DNA of 64,000 bases, from positions 1,440,001-1,504,000 of the forward strand of contig CAXXVZ010000003.1 in assembly GCA_963678065.2 (NCBI GenBank). Direction: 5' to 3'. This stretch comes from Treponemataceae bacterium (GTDB taxonomy: Bacteria > Spirochaetota > Spirochaetia > Treponematales > Rectinemataceae). The notes beneath the pieces are model-generated. The model ran no database searches. It was not told the DNA's origin and saw nothing but the letters and a program-made list of their open reading frames with translations. The position numbers and the translations under genes were made by a program. Below are positions 57,266-64,000 of the stretch, one piece after another (positions within the stretch are counted from its first letter, which is position 1; each line of letters opens with the position of its first letter).

Positions 57266-58057
57266 TCAGCCTCCAAGTTCTTCACAAGTCTTGAGATAGA
57301 GCGCGTAGAGGGCCGCCTTGCCGGAAGAGATCCCGAGTCCGGGCTTCCGGCCGAGGGGCCTGTCGAGCCCGAGAGCCGAGCGGGCCCGGCCTTTGATGAG
57401 TCCAGGGTTTTCCGGACCGAAGAAGGTGCTGCGGCAGAGATGCCGGGCGAACGCATCCCTGAGGGATGTCAGATCCTCCCGATCGGTGGGATCAGGATGG
57501 GGCGCCGGCGATTCCAGCCAATGGAGGATGTCGGGCGGCGTCGGCGCGTCGAGTTCGGCGAGCCTGTCCTCGAACCAGGCGACGGCCCCGGAGTTCCGGT
57601 ACGAGGCAGTCTCCAGTTCCTTGAGGACACCGGTCACCGTCGCGGAGGCGACGGAGGACCCAAGCGCTCTCGAGGAGAGCATCTTCCAGGCGACGACTGT
57701 CCCGATGGCGCCGATGGAGAACTCGTCGAGGACGGGCACGGGATCGCGCACGACTATGGAGAAAAACAGATAGAGCACAAGGAAAACGCCGGAGCAGAGC
57801 GCAACGCGCGGAATGAAGCCGCGGTCCAGAAGCCACTCCCGGAGTCCGTTCCGCATGGCTGTCTCGAGGGCGGGACGGATGGCGGCGGACTCGGAAGGAC
57901 CGGGGATCTCGCGGAACAGCACCTCGACGCCGGACTGTTCCTGTGTTTCGGCGGAGCGTCTCTGCCGGGACGTGAAAAAATCCGACTGCGCGCCGAATGG
58001 ATGCAGCACAAGAGAGTCTCCGCCCAGTCTGCGGACGACGAAGATGCGCGTCTTCAC
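57266..58057 (-). CDS. Hypothetical membrane protein
   Basis: Hydrophobic hairpin with RDPVPVLDE; GTGA overlap with upstream ORF. Confidence 0.6.
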   Translation of the reverse strand: MKTRIFVVRRLGGDSLVLHPFGAQSDFFTSRQRRSAETQEQSGVEVLFREIPGPSESAAIRPALETAMRNGLREWLLDRGFIPRVALCSGVFLVLYLFFSIVVRDPVPVLDEFSIGAIGTVVAWKMLSSRALGSSVASATVTGVLKELETASYRNSGAVAWFEDRLAELDAPTPPDILHWLESPAPHPDPTDREDLTSLRDAFARHLCRSTFFGPENPGLIKGRARSALGLDRPLGRKPGLGISSGKAALYALYLKTCEELGG

Positions 58058-58491
58058 GGCAAAGACTCCGGTGCCTCGGGATCGAGTATGGAATCGATGA
58101 GCCGCTTGAGCTTGGGATCGAGCCCCGCGTTGCCGGAAGCGGAAAAATCGTCGATCTGAAAAATGCCGTCGCGAAATACGATAGGGCCGAATTCCTCGGG
58201 ACCGAGGAGATCGTCGTCGTTCTCGAATGCATACCGCGGTGCGGCTTCCTGCCTGTGCGTGGCCGGAGGCGGGAAGATGGGCGAAAGATGCGGCCCGGCC
58301 CCAGGCGGAGTCGCCAGGGAAGAGCCAGAACCCGACCTCGGCGTGGCGCGGGAGCTGGAATGTGCGAGGCTTATGCCTTCGAGTACAGGCAGGATCGTCG
58401 TCCTGTCCGGAAAACGGGAGTCTGGTCTGTCGAAAAGAGAATTCACGATTTCCTCATCCCTCTCAACTCCATGATATCGCCCGACGGCCAT
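58054..58491 (-). CDS. Hypothetical protein (start uncertain)
   Basis: Protein-like C-terminus (IVFRDGIFQI...LDPKLKRLIDSIL); stop overlaps the next start. Confidence 0.45.
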   Translation of the reverse strand: MAVGRYHGVERDEEIVNSLFDRPDSRFPDRTTILPVLEGISLAHSSSRATPRSGSGSSLATPPGAGPHLSPIFPPPATHRQEAAPRYAFENDDDLLGPEEFGPIVFRDGIFQIDDFSASGNAGLDPKLKRLIDSILDPEAPESLP

Positions 58492-58593
58492 GCCGCACCA
58501 GTGCTCCCGCCGGGGTGGTCCGCAGAGCTCTCCCTTGAGGTCGGCGGGGCAGCGGACTATACTTCGAAACGCTCCGGGCCACAAGGAGGTTCC

Positions 58594-61533
58594 ATGGTTT
58601 TCCGGCGGTCTCAGATCCTGCGGCCCCTCCTCTGCTCCATACTGTTCCTCGTCATTTCCGGGCTTTCGGGAGGATCGGGAGCGCAGGCCCTGTCGTTCGG
58701 CCGGAAAGTATTCCAAATCCGCACCGCTCACTTCGTCATCCATTATCCCCGGGAACTGGAGAGTCTGGCCCTGCGCCTCGCTTCCTTCGCCGACCGGGAG
58801 AAGGAAGGACTCGAGTCCCTCTATGGAAGAGATGCGGGATACCCCATCCCCGTCCTTTTGAGCGACGAATTTCCCGACCTCAACGGCTATTCGACCTCCC
58901 GCCCTTCGGACCGCATCGTGATCCATGTCGCGGCTTCCGGGCTCACAGGCCAGCTCGCGGGGCTCGACGACACGCTTCGCTCCGTCTTCGTCCACGAACT
59001 GACCCACAGCCTCAATTTCCGCTCGCGGAGCCCCTTCTGGAGCTTCCTCGCGGGGATAGCCGGCGATGCGGTGAATCCCGCCATGTGGATCATGCCCTCC
59101 TCTTTCGTGGAAGGCTCGGCTGTCTTCAGCGAGAGCCGCGGCGGGAGTGGGCGCAACAACGACCCCGCCGCGCAGGAGATGATTCTGCAGGCCGTGGTCG
59201 AGAGGCGCTTCCCCTCCTTCAACCAGCTTTCGGGCGCGATGGATTCCTGGAATTCGGGCAGTATCCCGTACATCTTCGGCGGCGGCTTCGTCGAATACCT
59301 CGCTGCGACCTACGGGAAGGAGAAACCCGGCCAGCTCTGGGAAGACGCAGGAAGGGGCAATTTTCTTTCGGGATTTGGCGGGACTCTGGCCGGAGAAGGG
59401 ACATTCCGCGCGGTTTTCGGAAAAAACCTCGGGGAAGCGTGGAAGGACTACGAGGAGAGCCTCGCGAGGCCGAACCCGGAGCCACTCGCGGCGCAGAAGA
59501 TCCGCGGCAGCCCCTCCCGCATAGTCGCCCTGTGCGCCTCCGGGGATTCGCTCTTCATCGCCGACGCCGAGGCGGGGGCGGTGACGGAGATGGACACTGC
59601 GACCGGGTCGGAGCGGCGTCTCTTTGCGGTCGATGGCGCTGTCGAGAGGATCGAGGCCTCAGCGGATAGGACGAAGCTCCTCGTCTCCTGGCGGAAGGAG
59701 AACGGGAAGGGCCTGACTGTCCCGACCGTCCTGACCTTCGGGCGCGACACCGGGGCGAAGTCGGGTTCCGCGCTGACAGGAATCCGTTCCGCCACATGGG
59801 ACGGGGACGGCGTTGTGGCGGTCAGGGACTCGGGATTCCGTTCATGCCTGCTTCTCCCCGATGGCTCGACGATCGGGGACGGATCGGAGGTCGGCTCCCT
59901 CTCTCCTGACTTCGACGTTCCCGTCGTGGGAAAGGCAGGAAAGCTGTACGCTCTTGTGCGTGTGGGAGGAAGGACAGGGATCGGCAAAATCGACACGCAC
60001 ACAGGGCAGGTCCTCCTTCTCGATGCCGGACTCGGGCAGCCGCGATCGCTTTCCGCCGGGCCCGGAGGAGCGATCCTGGTCTCCTTCACCCTGCCGGGGA
60101 GCCTTTCCCGGCTCGCCATCCTGAAAGACGGTGAAACAGGGCCGGAACTGGAGATGCAGTCCCGCGACATCTCGGGAGGCGTCCACATCCCGGTCATGAC
60201 CGATTCGGGCGAACTGTACTATGCGGGCTGCTTCGTTTCGGGTGAATACCTGTGTCGGCTGCCCGCGGAGATACTCGGCTCGATGAGAAAGATCGAGTGC
60301 GCGTGGGTCGAGGCAGGCGTGAAGCCCACCGTGAACGACCGGGTAGGCGAGAAAAACACGCGCGCGGACGAAGAAAAAGCCGCCGGAAGCGGAAAAACCG
60401 CCAGTGACAGCGCGGAAGGCGCCGCGATCGCCGCAGCCGCAGCAAGGCCGGAGAGTGCTCCGGCCTTGCCCCTCCTTTTCCGCACCTTCCGCCTGCCCAT
60501 CCTCGACGCGACGGGCGCAGGTATCTTCATCCAGGGTGCGGACCTGACCGAGAGACTCGCCTGGAGCCTCGCCACACGCTACTCGTGGAAATACTCGGGG
60601 CTTTCGGCCGCCTTGAGTGTATCGGCGAAATCAGGACCACTTTCCCTGTCCTTCGGAGTCTCGGACACGTTCTCCGAGGGGGGAAGCGTTCCGGGAAGCG
60701 GCCTGCACATCGGCGGCGCAGGTCTTTCAGCCGCTTTCAGCAGAAGTTTCGCGCCTGAGCGCAGGCGCTTCGGCGCGGGCGCGTGGATGAACCTCGCGGC
60801 GCTTGCGGATGGCGTCATGCCAGGCCGGGCATACGGCTCGCCCTGGAGCTTCGGATCGGCGAGCGCGGGCCTGAAAGCGGGCTACTCGGACTGGCTTGTC
60901 TCGCGGTATGCCCCCTTCGGGACGAAAGGATTCTCGATCGCCGCCGGACCCGATATCGAGCTGGCTCTCGAATCGGCGGCCGGAGCGGCCCTCTGTTTTT
61001 CGGCACAGGCGCGCGCCGCCCTGCCCGCGGGGTTCGAGTTCACGCTCTGCGGCGCGTTTTCGCCCGATGGGAGGGTCGCCTTCGGACCCGTTTCGCGGAG
61101 GCTATCCTTCGGGTCCGGCTCGCGGGCTTCGGCCGTCGCCATTCCCTATCCAGCGTTCGAAGAGTACGGCGCGGTTTCCGCATCGAGCCCCTGGTACGCC
61201 TTCGCGGAAATATCCGGCAGGGCATTTTCGGCGGAAATACAGCGGGGAATTCCCTTCCCCGGCTTCGGGACGCCCCTCTATCTGCGGCGGGTGACGGGGC
61301 GGGCGGGATTCCGTCTCGCGGCCTTCGAGGAGAAAAGCGCCGCCGGAGATCCCGCCTCTCCCGTGGTCTTTCCGGCCAGTGCATTTTTCAGGATCGAAGC
61401 GCAGCTCGCGCTGACACAGTCCTCGTCGTTCGTGAGTTCGGTGCGGCCCGGAGCGGAAGTCTCCTGGGCGACCGACAGGCGACTCGCCCCCTCGGCCTTC
61501 AGGCTCGGCATCTACCTCTCGGTGATCCAATGA
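58594..61533 (+). CDS. Large exported protein: HExxH metallopeptidase-like domain, propeller-like middle, beta-strand-rich C-terminus
   Basis: SD AAGGAGG, signal peptide (AQA), T.HF.I.Y, HELTH, downstream EG.A; alternating hydrophobic strands at the C-terminus. Confidence 0.7.
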   Translation: MVFRRSQILRPLLCSILFLVISGLSGGSGAQALSFGRKVFQIRTAHFVIHYPRELESLALRLASFADREKEGLESLYGRDAGYPIPVLLSDEFPDLNGYSTSRPSDRIVIHVAASGLTGQLAGLDDTLRSVFVHELTHSLNFRSRSPFWSFLAGIAGDAVNPAMWIMPSSFVEGSAVFSESRGGSGRNNDPAAQEMILQAVVERRFPSFNQLSGAMDSWNSGSIPYIFGGGFVEYLAATYGKEKPGQLWEDAGRGNFLSGFGGTLAGEGTFRAVFGKNLGEAWKDYEESLARPNPEPLAAQKIRGSPSRIVALCASGDSLFIADAEAGAVTEMDTATGSERRLFAVDGAVERIEASADRTKLLVSWRKENGKGLTVPTVLTFGRDTGAKSGSALTGIRSATWDGDGVVAVRDSGFRSCLLLPDGSTIGDGSEVGSLSPDFDVPVVGKAGKLYALVRVGGRTGIGKIDTHTGQVLLLDAGLGQPRSLSAGPGGAILVSFTLPGSLSRLAILKDGETGPELEMQSRDISGGVHIPVMTDSGELYYAGCFVSGEYLCRLPAEILGSMRKIECAWVEAGVKPTVNDRVGEKNTRADEEKAAGSGKTASDSAEGAAIAAAAARPESAPALPLLFRTFRLPILDATGAGIFIQGADLTERLAWSLATRYSWKYSGLSAALSVSAKSGPLSLSFGVSDTFSEGGSVPGSGLHIGGAGLSAAFSRSFAPERRRFGAGAWMNLAALADGVMPGRAYGSPWSFGSASAGLKAGYSDWLVSRYAPFGTKGFSIAAGPDIELALESAAGAALCFSAQARAALPAGFEFTLCGAFSPDGRVAFGPVSRRLSFGSGSRASAVAIPYPAFEEYGAVSASSPWYAFAEISGRAFSAEIQRGIPFPGFGTPLYLRRVTGRAGFRLAAFEEKSAAGDPASPVVFPASAFFRIEAQLALTQSSSFVSSVRPGAEVSWATDRRLAPSAFRLGIYLSVIQ

Positions 61534-63989
61534 GCGCAGGAAGGGGACCCTCTGTGGACAGCTCACAGCGATTCAGTCCGGAGGCCATCGACAGGCTCAT
61601 GTCCGAAATCGAAGACGCCGGGGGCAACGAGGTCTTCGCGGCCGGACGCCTCGACGCCGAAGGAAAGGTCGCCGAAATCCTCGTCGCCGCGCGGGGAACG
61701 AAATCCGCCGTCCCCGCCCTCGCCGGCTTCCTCGAGCGGGGCGACGTCATCATCCACAACCACCCTTCCGGCTCCCTCCAGCCGAGCGACGCCGACATCC
61801 TCATCGCTGCTGAGGCGGGTTCCTCGGGAGTGGGCTCATACATCGTCGACAACGCCGTCGCCCGAGTCACCGTCGTCGCCGAGCCCGTGCGCAGGAAGGC
61901 CTACATCCTCCTCGATGAGGACGAGATCGGCGGAGTCCTCGAAGAGGGCGGCAAACTCTCGGCCATGATCCCCTCCTATGAGCCGAGGAAATCGCAGATC
62001 AAACTCACGCGCGACATCACGAGGGTCATGAGCGAGGGCGGCATCCTCGCCGCCGAAGCGGGGACGGGAGTGGGAAAATCCTACGCCTACCTCATTCCCG
62101 CCTTCGCCTGGGCGATCCGCAACGAGGAGCGCGTCGTCATCGCGACGGCGACGATCAACCTGCAGAAACAGCTCATCGACAAGGACATCCCCGTCGTGCA
62201 GTCGCTCTTCCGCAAAAAGACGAAGGCTGTCCTCGTGAAGGGCCGCGGAAACTATCTCTGCCGCACCCGCCTGCAGGAGGCCCTCGACGAGGAGGGCATC
62301 TTCGCGGGCGAAGATCACCCTTTGCGAAAAATCCAGGCCTGGGCCGAGGCCGGCGGCTCGGGCGACCGCTCGGATCTCTCCTTCTGGCCCGAGGAATCCC
62401 TCTGGAACCGCGTCTGCTCGGAATCCGACAGCTGCTCGGGCCTGCGATGCCCCCGGAGAGAAGAGTGCTTCGTACTCAGGGCACGGCGGGAGGCCTCGGA
62501 CGCCCAGATCATCGTCGCGAACCACCACATCCTCTTCTCGGACCTCGCGACCCGCATGAACGGAGCGGGATACGAACAGACGGCCGTGCTGCCACCCTTC
62601 CGCGCCCTCGTGTTCGACGAGGCTCACGCCATCGAGGCGAGCGCGACGAGCCTGTTCTCCGAAGAGTTCTCCCGCTTTTCCGTCAACAAGAAACTCTCGC
62701 GCATCCTGCGACGAGTCCGATCCCGGACCTTCGGCATTATGCCCCGCCTTATCGCCCTGCCCTCCTTTCCCGGCCACATGCTGGACGGCCTGCCCGAAGC
62801 GATCCGCTCCTGCAGGGCCGCCATGGAGCATCTCGACCTCCAGGCCCTGGGGCTCTTTGCCCGCGAGAGGACCTGGCGTCTCGCGGAACGGAATCCGGTC
62901 ACGGAAAATCTCCTCCTCGAACCGATGCGGCAACTGGAAACCAGCCTCGGAGCCTGCGCGAAGCTCCTCGGCGAAGCCCTCGAAGCCTGCCCCGAGGAGC
63001 TCGCCCAGGAGCAGGCAGTCCACGAGGCCCGTCTTTCCCAGAGAAGCCTCGGCCAGCTCGCCGCCCTCTGCGCGAGATTCCGCAACTTCGCGGACCAGGG
63101 CGAGACGGTCTTCTGGCTGGAGAAGGGCACGACCGCGAGGGGAGAAGCCTTCGCGGAATACACGGCGACGCCCCTCGACATCACCGGAACGATGAACGAA
63201 GCCGTGTTTTCAAAATTCCGGAGCATCGTCTGCACCTCGGCCACCCTCTCTGTCGGCGGCTCCTTCGACTTCTGGAAGGGAAGGATAGGCCTCGCCCGCT
63301 CCGACACCGAAGTGGAGACCTCGGTCTATCCCTCGCCCTTCCCCTTCAGGACGAACGCCCTCCTCGCCGTGGACAGTTCGGCGCCGACCCCCGACAAGCC
63401 CGCCTTCAAGTCCCACGTCGAGGGAGCGATACTGAGGTTGCTGGAGGCCTCAGGCGGCAGAGCGCTCGTCCTCTTCACCTCCCACGAGGCGCTGAAAAGT
63501 GCCTACGAGAAGGCAAAGCCCTTCCTGGCGGGGCTCGGGATCGCCTGCATGCGCCAGGGCGAGGACGAGAAGGGCCGCCTCCTCGAGGCCTTCCGCAGGG
63601 ACATCACGAGCGTGCTCTTCGCGACCGATTCCTTCTGGGAAGGGGTCGACGCGCCGGGCGAGACCCTCTCTCTCGTCATCATCTGCAAGCTTCCCTTCCG
63701 GGTGCCCACTGACCCCGTCCAGATGGCCCGCAGCGAGGCGGCCGAAAAGCGCGGCGGCAACGCCTTCATGGAAATCAGCCTGCCCGAAGCCGTCATCCGT
63801 CTGAAGCAGGGCTTCGGACGCCTCATCCGCCACTCGGAGGACAGGGGGGCCGTCGTCATCCTGGACTCGCGGATCGTCACCAAACGCTACGGCGAACTCT
63901 TCGTGTCGAGCCTGCCTCCCTGCCGGCTGGTCACCGAGAGTCTCGACGAGGTGACGAAGAAGGTGAGGCAGTTCCTCTTCGACTGGTAG
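61530..63989 (+). CDS. DinG/YoaA-family helicase with N-terminal JAB/MPN (RadC-like) domain
   Basis: E...HNHPSG...PS.AD JAB motif; EAGTGVGKS, KGRGNYLC, Fe-S cysteines, DEAH, SATL, FWEGVD, QGFGRLIR. Confidence 0.92.
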   Translation: MSAGRGPSVDSSQRFSPEAIDRLMSEIEDAGGNEVFAAGRLDAEGKVAEILVAARGTKSAVPALAGFLERGDVIIHNHPSGSLQPSDADILIAAEAGSSGVGSYIVDNAVARVTVVAEPVRRKAYILLDEDEIGGVLEEGGKLSAMIPSYEPRKSQIKLTRDITRVMSEGGILAAEAGTGVGKSYAYLIPAFAWAIRNEERVVIATATINLQKQLIDKDIPVVQSLFRKKTKAVLVKGRGNYLCRTRLQEALDEEGIFAGEDHPLRKIQAWAEAGGSGDRSDLSFWPEESLWNRVCSESDSCSGLRCPRREECFVLRARREASDAQIIVANHHILFSDLATRMNGAGYEQTAVLPPFRALVFDEAHAIEASATSLFSEEFSRFSVNKKLSRILRRVRSRTFGIMPRLIALPSFPGHMLDGLPEAIRSCRAAMEHLDLQALGLFARERTWRLAERNPVTENLLLEPMRQLETSLGACAKLLGEALEACPEELAQEQAVHEARLSQRSLGQLAALCARFRNFADQGETVFWLEKGTTARGEAFAEYTATPLDITGTMNEAVFSKFRSIVCTSATLSVGGSFDFWKGRIGLARSDTEVETSVYPSPFPFRTNALLAVDSSAPTPDKPAFKSHVEGAILRLLEASGGRALVLFTSHEALKSAYEKAKPFLAGLGIACMRQGEDEKGRLLEAFRRDITSVLFATDSFWEGVDAPGETLSLVIICKLPFRVPTDPVQMARSEAAEKRGGNAFMEISLPEAVIRLKQGFGRLIRHSEDRGAVVILDSRIVTKRYGELFVSSLPPCRLVTESLDEVTKKVRQFLFDW

Positions 63990-64000
63990 AGCTTTAGTTT

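Noticed and set aside
324..63883. Numerous long antisense and alternate-frame ORFs (for example 3921-5354, 7278-8747, 33452-35020, 53226-54836)
   Set aside because: Expected shadows of high-GC coding sequence; no recognisable motifs.
14595..63989. Long N-terminal extensions in ORF-track entries (14595, 22425, 29057, 33336, 57997, 60783 and others)
   Set aside because: They overlap well-supported neighbouring genes and read as Arg/Pro/Gly-rich off-frame text; internal starts with an SD, promoter or ATGA overlap fit better.
1..64000. tRNA, rRNA, transposase, integrase, prophage or known defence genes
   Set aside because: None recognised by eye; tRNAscan-SE, Rfam and DefenseFinder were not run.

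Overview
GC-rich bacterial chromosomal window, probably from an anaerobic sugar-fermenting organism (a spirochaete-like affiliation is my inference from gene content, not verified). It holds about 59 protein-coding genes and no rRNA, tRNA, CRISPR array, integrase or transposase. Left part: the end of a sugar-acid catabolism locus (IlvD/Edd dehydratase, 2-hydroxyacid dehydrogenase, DapA-family aldolase, LacI), then a 15-gene, ~17 kb same-strand cluster (DegT aminotransferase, three UroD/MtaA-like proteins, Ldh_2 oxidoreductase, sugar ABC importer, Asp-box propeller, NanA-like lyase, unknown protein, PocR-AraC, NagB-like, PIG-L deacetylase, Gfo/Idh/MocA) that looks like an uncharacterised amino-sugar or nonulosonate catabolic pathway. 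Middle: lysA, ygeW, an aldo-keto reductase, Opp-type and Rha-type importers with a two-component system, a Fec/Btu-type importer, a MocA-like nucleotidyltransferase and argGH. Right: small genes, a duplicated pilin-like gene, a TetR-SCP2-M24 operon, kbl, rhomboid, xth, ROK, an exported HExxH protein and a JAB-DinG helicase. Main unannotated signals: (1) a leaderless 25-codon ORF ending R-L-R-R-R-stop upstream of argGH, a candidate arginine-sensing attenuator; (2) a ~220-nt 5' leader duplicated with both pilin-like genes that keeps a long G·U-rich helix despite divergence; (3) a family of short dispersed palindromic repeats at gene ends; (4) several genes with leaderless promoter architecture. 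All product calls rest on motif recognition by eye; no searches were run.
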